DNA of 64,000 nucleotides from Patescibacteria group bacterium (GTDB lineage Bacteria; Patescibacteriota; Minisyncoccia; UBA6257; 2-01-FULL-56-20): the NCBI GenBank assembly GCA_038063755.1, contig JBBTUL010000011.1, forward strand, positions 3,946-67,945, read 5' to 3'. The notes under the pieces were generated by a model. The model was given only the letters and a program-made list of their open reading frames with translations. It did not search any database and was not told the DNA's origin. The position numbers and the translations under genes are program-made. Below, piece after piece: positions 1 through 8,854 of this stretch (positions are counted from its first letter, which is position 1; each line of letters begins with the position of its first letter).

Positions 1-2
1 CA

Positions 3-1985
3 GGATTTCGAGAAGTGCGCGTGGACGGAAAACTCCGCTCGCTTCGAGAACGAATCGAGATGAGCAGATACAAACAGCACACCATCGAGCTCATCGTCGA
101 TAGAATTCCATCAATCATGGACTTCAAAGACAAGGATAATCGTTTGCGCCTTGCCGAGGCAGTTGAGTCGGCTTTGAAATACGGGAACGACGTTGTGACG
201 ATCGTCGCAGAAGAAGAAGTTTCACTTTCGGCAAAGTTTACTTGTCCAGAGGACGGTTTCTCATTTCCCGAAATTGAGCCACGACTTTTTTCTTTCAATA
301 GTCCTTTTGGCGCCTGCGAGATGTGTCACGGTCTCGGGACGGAAGATCTGTGGTCTGATAAAATCTGCCCTGCATGCGACGGAAGAAGGTTGAAGCCAGA
401 GAGCCTAAGCGTCTTAATACAGGGAAAAAATATCGCACAGACAACCGCATTCTCGATTGTTCAGGCCGAGCAGTTTTTCAAAACAATTAAACTAAAACCA
501 GCGTTTCAGGAGGTTGCCGAGGTACCGCTTCGCGAAATAAGAAGTCGCCTCAAGTTCCTCGTGGATGTTGGTCTCGAATATCTTACGCTTGAAAGAAGAG
601 CGGGAACTCTTTCGGGGGGAGAGGCGCAGCGTATACGGCTTGCCTCTCAGATCGGTTCTCGTCTTGTTGGGACGCTCTACATTCTCGATGAGCCGACGAT
701 CGGATTACACCAGAGAGACAACGATAAACTTATCAAGACATTGCACGAGCTGCGGGATCTTGGAAATACGGTTATCGTCGTTGAACACGATGAGGATACC
801 ATTCGATCGGGTGACTACATTGTCGATTTCGGTCCAGGGGCGGGGGTTCACGGAGGGAAGGTGGTAGCCGAGGGTGAGTTGCCGAGCATCCTTAAGAATA
901 TGAAACAGACATCGCTTACGCTTGACTATCTGCGCGGAAAGAAGAAGATTGCCGTTCCTGAAAAAAGAAGAAAAGTTTCGAAAGATCATGACTATTTAAA
1001 AGTGAGGGATGCGTATGTCAATAACTTACAAAATGTGAATGTCGATATTCCGCTTAGGCGATTTACCGCAATCACCGGTGTTTCAGGTTCAGGGAAGAGC
1101 TCGTTGCTTTACGATGTGGTCTACAAGGTTTTGGCAAATAAATTCAATGGCGCGACGTACAAGGTCAAAGGAGTAAAAGGCATTCTGGGGCTCGAATACG
1201 TGAATCGCGTGGTGAACATCGACCAGTCTGCGATCGGGAGAACGCCTCGCTCAAATCCTGCAACCTACGTCGGTGCATGGACATTTATCAGAGACCTTTT
1301 TACCGCGACAGAAGGTGCTCGAGTGCGAGGATACAAGCCTGGACGCTTCAGCTTTAACGTTCCCGGAGGGCGTTGTGAGAATTGCGAGGGTCATGGAACG
1401 ATTGCGATCGAGATGCACTTTTTACCGACGGTGTATGTTCCTTGCGATGTTTGCAAGGGGAAAAGATTTGACAGAGAAACGCTCGAAGTGGAATACAAAG
1501 GAAAGAATATCTATGAGATTCTTAAAATGACGATTGAAGAAGCGGTAAAGTTTTTCGATGATATTCCATGGTTGCACGATCGATTGACCGTACTTCAAGA
1601 GGTTGGGTTGGGATATCTTGAGTTGGGGCAGTCTGCTACGACACTTTCGGGGGGCGAAGCTCAACGAGTGAAGCTCTCCGCCGAACTCGGTAAGAGAGAC
1701 ACGCGAAAGACGCTTTATCTTTTGGATGAGCCGACGACCGGATTACATTTCGCCGATATCGCGAACCTACTCATAGTTCTCCAGCGACTTGTTGATCGCG
1801 GGAATACCGTGATTGTTATTGAACATAATCTCGACGTTATTAAATCTGCTGATTGGGTCATTGATCTTGGGCCGGAGGGAGGGGATAATGGCGGAAAGAT
1901 CGTTGCCGTTGGAACTCCAGAGGAAGTTTCTATTTGCGCGGGAAGCATAACCGGATCGTATCTGCGGAAGATGTTCAAGAGATAG
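3..1985 (+). CDS. uvrA: Excinuclease ABC subunit A (5' truncated by window edge)
   Basis: ABC signatures LSGGEAQR (twice), Walker B LDEPT, Walker A GVSGSGKS, zinc motifs CENCEG/CDVCKG, RTPRSNPATY; frame is open from base 3. Confidence 0.97.
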   Translation, partial: GFREVRVDGKLRSLRERIEMSRYKQHTIELIVDRIPSIMDFKDKDNRLRLAEAVESALKYGNDVVTIVAEEEVSLSAKFTCPEDGFSFPEIEPRLFSFNSPFGACEMCHGLGTEDLWSDKICPACDGRRLKPESLSVLIQGKNIAQTTAFSIVQAEQFFKTIKLKPAFQEVAEVPLREIRSRLKFLVDVGLEYLTLERRAGTLSGGEAQRIRLASQIGSRLVGTLYILDEPTIGLHQRDNDKLIKTLHELRDLGNTVIVVEHDEDTIRSGDYIVDFGPGAGVHGGKVVAEGELPSILKNMKQTSLTLDYLRGKKKIAVPEKRRKVSKDHDYLKVRDAYVNNLQNVNVDIPLRRFTAITGVSGSGKSSLLYDVVYKVLANKFNGATYKVKGVKGILGLEYVNRVVNIDQSAIGRTPRSNPATYVGAWTFIRDLFTATEGARVRGYKPGRFSFNVPGGRCENCEGHGTIAIEMHFLPTVYVPCDVCKGKRFDRETLEVEYKGKNIYEILKMTIEEAVKFFDDIPWLHDRLTVLQEVGLGYLELGQSATTLSGGEAQRVKLSAELGKRDTRKTLYLLDEPTTGLHFADIANLLIVLQRLVDRGNTVIVIEHNLDVIKSADWVIDLGPEGGDNGGKIVAVGTPEEVSICAGSITGSYLRKMFKR

Positions 1986-2024
1986 GCGTTTTTGTTTCTA
2001 GCCACGGAGGCATATACTTAAGCC

Positions 2025-2303
2025 ATGATTAAAATCGTCGGGAATGATATTTTGCGCTCCGGATCTAAGATTGGCTGGATTGAGTCAAACGATATTTTTG
2101 ACCATAGCGGAAAGAAGCGAGGATATTTTACCGAGAACGATATTTTCGAATACAGTGGGAAGAAAATAGGATGGGTTTTGGGAAACGAAATTCATGCCGT
2201 TGGTGGCAGGGCTATGCGACTTGATGATAATAGAAGAATCGTCTCCGGAGGATCTTACCCCGACATTGTGCGAGCGGCGATACGGCTTATTCTCGGAGAG
2301 TGA
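2025..2303 (+). CDS. Small beta-repeat (beta-flower-like) hypothetical protein, 92 aa
   Basis: Four ~16-aa repeats of the form NDIF..SG.KIGW; TATACT lies 6 nt before the ATG. Confidence 0.75.
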   Translation: MIKIVGNDILRSGSKIGWIESNDIFDHSGKKRGYFTENDIFEYSGKKIGWVLGNEIHAVGGRAMRLDDNRRIVSGGSYPDIVRAAIRLILGE

Positions 2304-2337
2304 TCGTTTACGCCCCACTTTTCCGCAAAGAGAACGG

Positions 2338-3543
2338 ATGCACATGAAGAAGCTTTACGCGAATCTCCCAGAGACTCCAGGCGTCTATCTCTTCAAAGAC
2401 AAAAGAGGAGATTTGCTTTATGTGGGGAAGGCGGCGAGCCTTAAGAAACGAGTCTCGAGTTATTTCTTGCGTCCACATGAAGCGCGAATACAAAGACTCG
2501 TTTCCCTTGTGCGCCATATTGACTATCAAAAGACCGATACGGCGCTTGAGGCCCTGATCCTTGAGGCGGAACTGATAAAGAAAAACCAACCTCCCTTTAA
2601 TGTTCTTGAGAAAGACGACAAATCTTTTCTTTATGTTCAGATAACAGCCGAGGAATTTCCCCGAGTACTTCCGATTCGAGGAAAAGACTTAAAAACGAGC
2701 AAGTTAACGGTTCAATTCGGTCCGTTTACGTCTGCTACAAGCGTGCGACAGGCCCTGACGCTTATTCGCCGCATCTTTCCTTTTCACACACACCTCCCGA
2801 ATGAGGTCGGGCGCATGAAGCGACCATGTTTTAATCATGAGATCGGACTTTGTCCCGGTGTTTGTGCGGGCCTCATATCGAAAAATGCCTACGGGAAAAT
2901 CGTAAGAAACATTAAACTTTTTTTTACCGGCAAGAAAGATCGGATTATTTCATCTCTTACGGCAGATATGCAAAAAGCGGCTCGTTCGCTTGACTACGAA
3001 GGCGCCGCGGATTTAAGAAGAAGGCTTTTCGCGATTCAGCACATACAAGACATAGCTTTTATCGGAGAAAACGAAGTTGGAAGCCCCGATGATTCCAACT
3101 TTAGGATGAGGGTTGAGGGTTATGACATTTCAAACATCTCAGGAGATTCAGCGGTAGGTTCAATGGTTGTTTTTATTAATGGAAAACCTGCTCGGAGTGA
3201 GTATAGAAAATTTAAAATAAAAACCGTGAAAGGTCCGAATGATGTAAAAATGCTCGAGGAAGTTCTTCTTCGGAGATTTCGAAATGCGTGGGAGTTGCCA
3301 AGTCTTATTTTAATCGACGGAGGCCTGGGGCAAGTCGGCATTGCTCAAAAAGTTTTGCGGTTACAAAATCTTGCCATCCCGATTTTAGGGATGATAAAGG
3401 GGCCGAAGCGGAAGAGAGTGGATGTACTCGGTGCCGTTCCCGACGGTGTTAGTCAGAAAACACTTATTCGCGTGAGAGACGAGGCTCACCGATTTGCGAT
3501 TCAATATCATCGAGCGATGCGTCGTGCTAGAATGAGCCAATAA
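2338..3543 (+). CDS. uvrC: Excinuclease ABC subunit C (no C-terminal HhH domain)
   Basis: GIY-YIG domain (PGVYLF...YVGKA..L..RV.SYF), RNase H-like domain (EGYDISN, LILIDGG.GQ, RDEAHRFA); start is ATG 2338 or 2344. Confidence 0.93.
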   Translation: MHMKKLYANLPETPGVYLFKDKRGDLLYVGKAASLKKRVSSYFLRPHEARIQRLVSLVRHIDYQKTDTALEALILEAELIKKNQPPFNVLEKDDKSFLYVQITAEEFPRVLPIRGKDLKTSKLTVQFGPFTSATSVRQALTLIRRIFPFHTHLPNEVGRMKRPCFNHEIGLCPGVCAGLISKNAYGKIVRNIKLFFTGKKDRIISSLTADMQKAARSLDYEGAADLRRRLFAIQHIQDIAFIGENEVGSPDDSNFRMRVEGYDISNISGDSAVGSMVVFINGKPARSEYRKFKIKTVKGPNDVKMLEEVLLRRFRNAWELPSLILIDGGLGQVGIAQKVLRLQNLAIPILGMIKGPKRKRVDVLGAVPDGVSQKTLIRVRDEAHRFAIQYHRAMRRARMSQ

Positions 3544-3547
3544 GATC

Positions 3548-5392
3548 ATGTGCGGAATCGTCGGATATCTGGGAAAGGAGCGGGCGTTGCCGATTTTAAT
3601 CGATGGTCTTAAGAATCTCGAATATCGTGGATATGATTCCTCCGGCGTTGTTATTCTCGACAAGAACGGCGCAAGCATCACGCGTTCTGTTGGAAGAGTC
3701 CAAAATCTTGAGGCTCGTCTTGAAGATGGGGGAGTTGAGTTAAACGGAGTAATCGGAATTGCTCACACGAGGTGGGCAACACACGGCAAGGTTTCGGAAG
3801 AGAACGCGCATCCGCATCGTGATTGTCGAGGGCAGATTTTCGTTGTTCATAATGGCATTATCGAGAATTACAAAGAGTTGAAAACAGAACTCGCCAAAGA
3901 AGGCCATCAATTTTTTTCTGAAACCGACACCGAAGTTCTTGCGCATCTCATAGAGAAGCATTACAAGCCGGAGGATGGGGTTACTCTTTTTGTCGCGGTG
4001 AGAAGCGCGCTTCGCGAGATTCGAGGAACATACGGGATAGCGGTCGTTTCTTCCCTTGAGCCGTCGAAGATTATTGCCGCAAGAAACTCGAGCCCTCTTA
4101 TATTGGGAATCGGGGCGACTGGAAATATTGTTGCTTCGGATGCTTCGGCGATCGTACACCAGACAAAAGACGTGGTGTACTTAAAAGATGAAGAAATCGT
4201 TGAGCTAACGGCAGATAATTTTAAAATTGAAACTTTAGGATCGGCTATTACTACGAGAGCTCCCGAAAGACTAGAGTGGGATGCGGAAACCATAAAGAAG
4301 GGTGGGCACGAACACTTCATGCACAAAGAGATTTTTGAAATACCCGAAACGATCAAAAATTCGACGAGAGGAAGAATGATTATCGACGATGGAATGGCGA
4401 AGCTTGGCGGCATCGAGAGCATAAAAGAGAAGCTTCTGGGAATTGAGCGTCTCAAGCTTATTGCCTGCGGGACTGCGTCGTACGCCGCACGTGTCGGAGA
4501 ATACATGCTTGAAGAATACGCCGGGATACCGACCGAGGTTGATATTGGATCAGAGTTTCGTTATCGAAAGCCAATTCTTGATTCAAAGACCGCGCTTGTT
4601 GTCGTTTCTCAGTCCGGGGAAACGGCAGACACTCTCGCTGCGGTGAAGGAGGCAAAGGAGAAAGGCATTCTTACGCTTGGTATTGTAAATGTTGTCGGGT
4701 CAAGTATCGCCCGCGAAGCCGGTGTTGGAATCTACAATCATGCAGGTCCTGAGATAAGCGTTGCCTCTACGAAAGCGTTCGTTTCTCAGCTTTCGGTTCT
4801 CGCACTTCTCACCGTGTTTTTGGGTCGTCAGCGACAGATGTCGCTTGTTATGGGCAAACGCATCCTTGAGGAGCTTTCTCGTTTACCCGAATTGGTTTCG
4901 GTAATTCTCGCGGGCGAGAAACGAATCATCGAAGTCGCAGAAAAATACAAGGATATTGAGCACATAATGTATCTCGGAAGAAAATACAACTACCCGACCG
5001 CTCTTGAGGGGGCGCTGAAACTGAAGGAGGTGACTTATATTCACGCCGAGGGGCTTGCCTCCGGTGAGATCAAGCATGGTCCGATCGCCATGATTGACGA
5101 GCGCTTTCCGACGTTTTTTATTGCGCCGAAGGACAGCGTATATGAAAAAACAGTTTCAAATATGGAAGAGATTCGAGCGCGTGGCGGGAGAATTATCGCG
5201 CTTACCACCGAGGGAAATACCGAACTTGAAAATCTTGCCGAGGACGTACTCTATATTCCGAAGACTCTTGAAATGCTCACCCCCATCCTCGCTGCCGTTC
5301 CGCTTTATCTTTTTGCATATCACATCGCGGTGATGCGCGGTAGAGACGTTGATAAACCGAGAAACTTGGCGAAAAGCGTGACGGTTGAATAG
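3548..5392 (+). CDS. glmS: Glutamine-fructose-6-phosphate transaminase
   Basis: N-terminal MCGIVG, HTRWATHG, SQSGETADT, C-terminal PRNLAKSVTVE. Confidence 0.98.
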   Translation: MCGIVGYLGKERALPILIDGLKNLEYRGYDSSGVVILDKNGASITRSVGRVQNLEARLEDGGVELNGVIGIAHTRWATHGKVSEENAHPHRDCRGQIFVVHNGIIENYKELKTELAKEGHQFFSETDTEVLAHLIEKHYKPEDGVTLFVAVRSALREIRGTYGIAVVSSLEPSKIIAARNSSPLILGIGATGNIVASDASAIVHQTKDVVYLKDEEIVELTADNFKIETLGSAITTRAPERLEWDAETIKKGGHEHFMHKEIFEIPETIKNSTRGRMIIDDGMAKLGGIESIKEKLLGIERLKLIACGTASYAARVGEYMLEEYAGIPTEVDIGSEFRYRKPILDSKTALVVVSQSGETADTLAAVKEAKEKGILTLGIVNVVGSSIAREAGVGIYNHAGPEISVASTKAFVSQLSVLALLTVFLGRQRQMSLVMGKRILEELSRLPELVSVILAGEKRIIEVAEKYKDIEHIMYLGRKYNYPTALEGALKLKEVTYIHAEGLASGEIKHGPIAMIDERFPTFFIAPKDSVYEKTVSNMEEIRARGGRIIALTTEGNTELENLAEDVLYIPKTLEMLTPILAAVPLYLFAYHIAVMRGRDVDKPRNLAKSVTVE

Positions 5393-5412
5393 AAAGCTGA
5401 TATAATAGTAAT

Positions 5413-6372
5413 ATGGAACTTACACAGGCAACGCCAAAGGCGAGTCCGCGAGATGTTTTTCTTCATCTCCTTGCTATTATCACCTTATATGCGAGCGCGA
5501 CTGCTCTTATCGCGTTGCTGTTTCAATACATTGAGCTCGGTTTTCCTGATTCGTTGAGAATCGAAACAGGTGGTCAATATTATCGCGATAGTATCTATCG
5601 GGCGATTCGTGTCGCTGTAGCTACGCTCATCGTTGTTTTTCCGGCATACATTACGGCAAGCCGCTTTTTGGGCAAGATCGGGCGTGTGACGCCAGAAAAG
5701 AGAAGTTTGAAAATCAGGAAATGGCTTCTTTACTTTACGGTTTTTATCGCCGCTCTTATTATGCTTGGAGACTTTGTGACGCTTGTTTACAACCTGCTGA
5801 ATGGAGAATCGAGTATTTCATTCTTTCTCAAAGTGCTTTCGGTGTTTCTCGTTGCCGGAAGTGTTTTTCTGTACTATCTTTGGGATTTGCATGAGACTTC
5901 GCCAAGTGGAAAGATGAAGTGGTTTTCGTATGCTGTCATTGTGTTGGTTTCAATCGCGGTGGTTTGCGGATTTTTTGCAGTAGGATCTCCGAGCGAGAAG
6001 CGCGACAGGGATTTCGATGCTCAACGTGTGGGCAACCTCCAGGCAATTCAGTCGTCGATTGTCCAATATTGGCGGAGTAAGGGAAGGCTGCCCGAAAACC
6101 TCGGTGTCCTTGCAGATCCACTGCGTTATGTAACCATCCCCGTAGACCCGCAGACAAAAGCATCGTATGAGTACGAGGTCAAGGGCGAGAAAACTTTTGT
6201 GTTGTGCGCAGATTTCAAATTCTCAAGCGCCCTAGAAGGCGCACCTGCGGTTTATATGCCATCGGTTGAATTGTGGGATCACGCGAGTGGACGATTCTGT
6301 TTCGAGAGAAGTATAGACGCGGATTTTTTCAAGGACAAATCGATGGGAATCGAGCCGTCTTTTCCAAGATAG
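5413..6372 (+). CDS. Multi-pass membrane protein (DUF5671-like, typical of CPR)
   Basis: About five hydrophobic helices followed by a soluble domain with pilin-like DPQT..YEY and a Cys pair; family recalled, not searched. Confidence 0.7.
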   Translation: MELTQATPKASPRDVFLHLLAIITLYASATALIALLFQYIELGFPDSLRIETGGQYYRDSIYRAIRVAVATLIVVFPAYITASRFLGKIGRVTPEKRSLKIRKWLLYFTVFIAALIMLGDFVTLVYNLLNGESSISFFLKVLSVFLVAGSVFLYYLWDLHETSPSGKMKWFSYAVIVLVSIAVVCGFFAVGSPSEKRDRDFDAQRVGNLQAIQSSIVQYWRSKGRLPENLGVLADPLRYVTIPVDPQTKASYEYEVKGEKTFVLCADFKFSSALEGAPAVYMPSVELWDHASGRFCFERSIDADFFKDKSMGIEPSFPR

Positions 6373-6440
6373 TCTTGATTTTATTTGGTTTATCGCGTAC
6401 TCTCTAGGGGCGTCGCCGGAGTGGCGACTTTTCTTAACTT

Positions 6441-8264
6441 ATGGAACGGAACATTCGGAACATTGCAATTATCGCGCACGTCGATCACGGGAAGACAACG
6501 CTTGTCGATTCTCTTCTTAAGCAATCAAAAAACTTTAAGCTGAAAAGCGGGGCGGAGTCGAATCTCATTATGGATTCAAATGAGCTTGAGCGCGAGCGAG
6601 GGATAACCATATTTTCGAAAAACGCAGCAGTCCAATATAAAGGAACGAAAATAAACATTGTCGACACCCCCGGACATGCTGATTTTGGAGGAGAAGTCGA
6701 GCGAATTATGCGGATGGTAGACGGAGCTCTGCTTCTTGTCGATGCAAAAGAGGGGCCAATGCCGCAGACGAAGTTCGTATTAAAAAAAGCGCTACAGGCC
6801 GGACATCGAATTATCGTTGTAATAAACAAAATTGATAAACCAGGGGCGAGGAGCGATTGGGCGGTAGACAGAACCTTTGATCTTTTTATTGAGCTTGGCG
6901 CGAGCGATTTACAGGCGGATTTTCCGATCATTTACGCATCTGCGATACAAGGGAAGGCAGGGCGGGAGTCGAACTTGGATGTGATGGAGGACGTCGTGCC
7001 GCTTTTTGAGGCAATCCTTGAGACGATCCCGCCACCGGTGGTTCCGGTTGGCTCTCCGTTGCAGATGCTTACCGTGAATCTTGCCTATGACAATTACAAG
7101 GGCAAGGTCGCAATCGGGCGGGTATATGGCGGAGCGCTCAAAAAAGGAATGACTGTTGCTCACATTACGCGGACAGGAGAAGTGAGGAAGGCTATACTTG
7201 CAAATGTCATGACTTTTGACGGTCTTGCGCGAGTCGATGTTGACGAGGTGGATGGTGGAGAAATTGCGGCGGTGAGTGGAATACCCGATATCTCGATCGG
7301 GGAGACCATAACCGACCCAGATCATCCAATTGCGCTTCCAACGATCGACATTGAAGAACCAACTGTAAAGATGACGTTTGCTATCAACAATTCGCCCTTT
7401 GCCGGAAGGGAGGGCGAGTACGTGACTTCTCGCAATCTTGCCGACCGTCTTTTAAAAGAAGTCGAGACCGACGTTGCCCTTCGCGTGGAGGCGACATCAT
7501 CATTTGATTCGTGGACGGTTTCTGGCAGAGGGGAGCTGCATCTCGCGATCTTAATTGAAAAGATGCGCCGCGAGGGATTCGAGTTCCAAGTTTCTCGTCC
7601 GCAGGTTATCTTTCGTGAAACTGAAGGAAAGAAGTGCGAGCCTATCGAGCGCGTTTCGATTGAGGTTCCGGAAGGTTTTACCGGAAGCGCGATCGAAGAT
7701 ATGGGGAGAAGAAAGGGCACGATGGTAGATATGCGAGTTGACGGTGGGATCGCTTTCATTGAATTTCTCATTCCCACAAGAGGCCTCATTGGTTTCCGCA
7801 ATCAATTCCTCACCAACACGAAGGGTCTCGGAATTATGAATTCTCTTTTTGAAGGATACGAGGAATTTAAAGGAGAATTTGAAGGCAACTCTCACGGATC
7901 ATTGGTCGCATCAGAGTCCGGCGTTACGAGAGCATATGGCCTCTTGAACGCGGAAGGCCGAGGTGCCTTGTTCATATCGCCAGGAACCGAGGTTTATGCC
8001 GGCATGATTGTTGGCGAGAACGCGAAAGACGAAGATCTCCGCGTGAACATTTGCAAAGAAAAGCAATTATCTAACATGCGCGCAAAAAACGACGGCGGGA
8101 TGGAATTTTTGAAAGTTGCGCGCGTTCTTACGCTCGAGGAGGCAATCGAGTATATTGGAGATGACGAGCTGGTGGAAATAACTCCGAAATCGATTCGCTT
8201 GCGCAAATTCTACTTAAATGAAAACGACGAAAAGCGCATCAAAAAAGGACTTGCGGTTGCCTAG
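6441..8264 (+). CDS. typA: Translational GTPase TypA/BipA
   Basis: IAHVDHGKTT, ERERGITI, DTPGHADF, GRGELHL, C-terminal ELVEITPKSIRLRK. Confidence 0.97.
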   Translation: MERNIRNIAIIAHVDHGKTTLVDSLLKQSKNFKLKSGAESNLIMDSNELERERGITIFSKNAAVQYKGTKINIVDTPGHADFGGEVERIMRMVDGALLLVDAKEGPMPQTKFVLKKALQAGHRIIVVINKIDKPGARSDWAVDRTFDLFIELGASDLQADFPIIYASAIQGKAGRESNLDVMEDVVPLFEAILETIPPPVVPVGSPLQMLTVNLAYDNYKGKVAIGRVYGGALKKGMTVAHITRTGEVRKAILANVMTFDGLARVDVDEVDGGEIAAVSGIPDISIGETITDPDHPIALPTIDIEEPTVKMTFAINNSPFAGREGEYVTSRNLADRLLKEVETDVALRVEATSSFDSWTVSGRGELHLAILIEKMRREGFEFQVSRPQVIFRETEGKKCEPIERVSIEVPEGFTGSAIEDMGRRKGTMVDMRVDGGIAFIEFLIPTRGLIGFRNQFLTNTKGLGIMNSLFEGYEEFKGEFEGNSHGSLVASESGVTRAYGLLNAEGRGALFISPGTEVYAGMIVGENAKDEDLRVNICKEKQLSNMRAKNDGGMEFLKVARVLTLEEAIEYIGDDELVEITPKSIRLRKFYLNENDEKRIKKGLAVA

Positions 8265-8847
8265 CGTTCAAGGGGTAAACGAGGTAGTTCTTGGTTGTAT
8301 CAAAGAAGGCGGAGTCGGTGTCTTTCCGACAGACACCATCTATGGAATCGTCGGATCGGCTTTTCAGAAAAAAGCTGTTCAGAGGATTTATCGCTTAAAA
8401 CGCAGGGAAAGGAAAAAACCATTCATTATTCTTATTTCTTCGGTGTCAGAAATAAGAAGATTCGGAATCCACCTTTCTGCGAAAAAAGAAAGGTTTTTAC
8501 GGAGTCTTTGGCCGGCGAAAGTGAGCGTCCGTATCACGTGCCCTGCGCGGAAATTCAGATATCTTCATCGAGGACTTTCGTCGTTAGTGTTTCGCCTACC
8601 ACCAAAAAAAATGTTACGGGAGATTTTGAAAAAAACAGGGCCGCTTGTCGCTCCGAGCGCTAACGTTTCGGGTATGCCTCCGGCGAAAAATGTTTGGGAA
8701 GCGAGACGATATTTTGGGTCAAGCGTTGATTTTTATGTCGATGGAGGAACCATTGTCGGAAAGCCGTCGACGGTCATCGGATTCGGAGTAGGCGGCGCAA
8801 TTATTGTTCTACGAAAGGGGGCGGGAAGGATTCCGCAGATGATATAA
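8257..8847 (+). CDS. tsaC: L-threonylcarbamoyladenylate synthase (TsaC/YrdC family)
   Basis: FPTDTIYG, IYRLK.R...KP, APSANVSG, PSTVI; start uncertain (TTG 8257 or ATG 8218). Confidence 0.9.
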   Translation: MPSVQGVNEVVLGCIKEGGVGVFPTDTIYGIVGSAFQKKAVQRIYRLKRRERKKPFIILISSVSEIRRFGIHLSAKKERFLRSLWPAKVSVRITCPARKFRYLHRGLSSLVFRLPPKKMLREILKKTGPLVAPSANVSGMPPAKNVWEARRYFGSSVDFYVDGGTIVGKPSTVIGFGVGGAIIVLRKGAGRIPQMI

Positions 8848-8854
8848 TTAGCGA

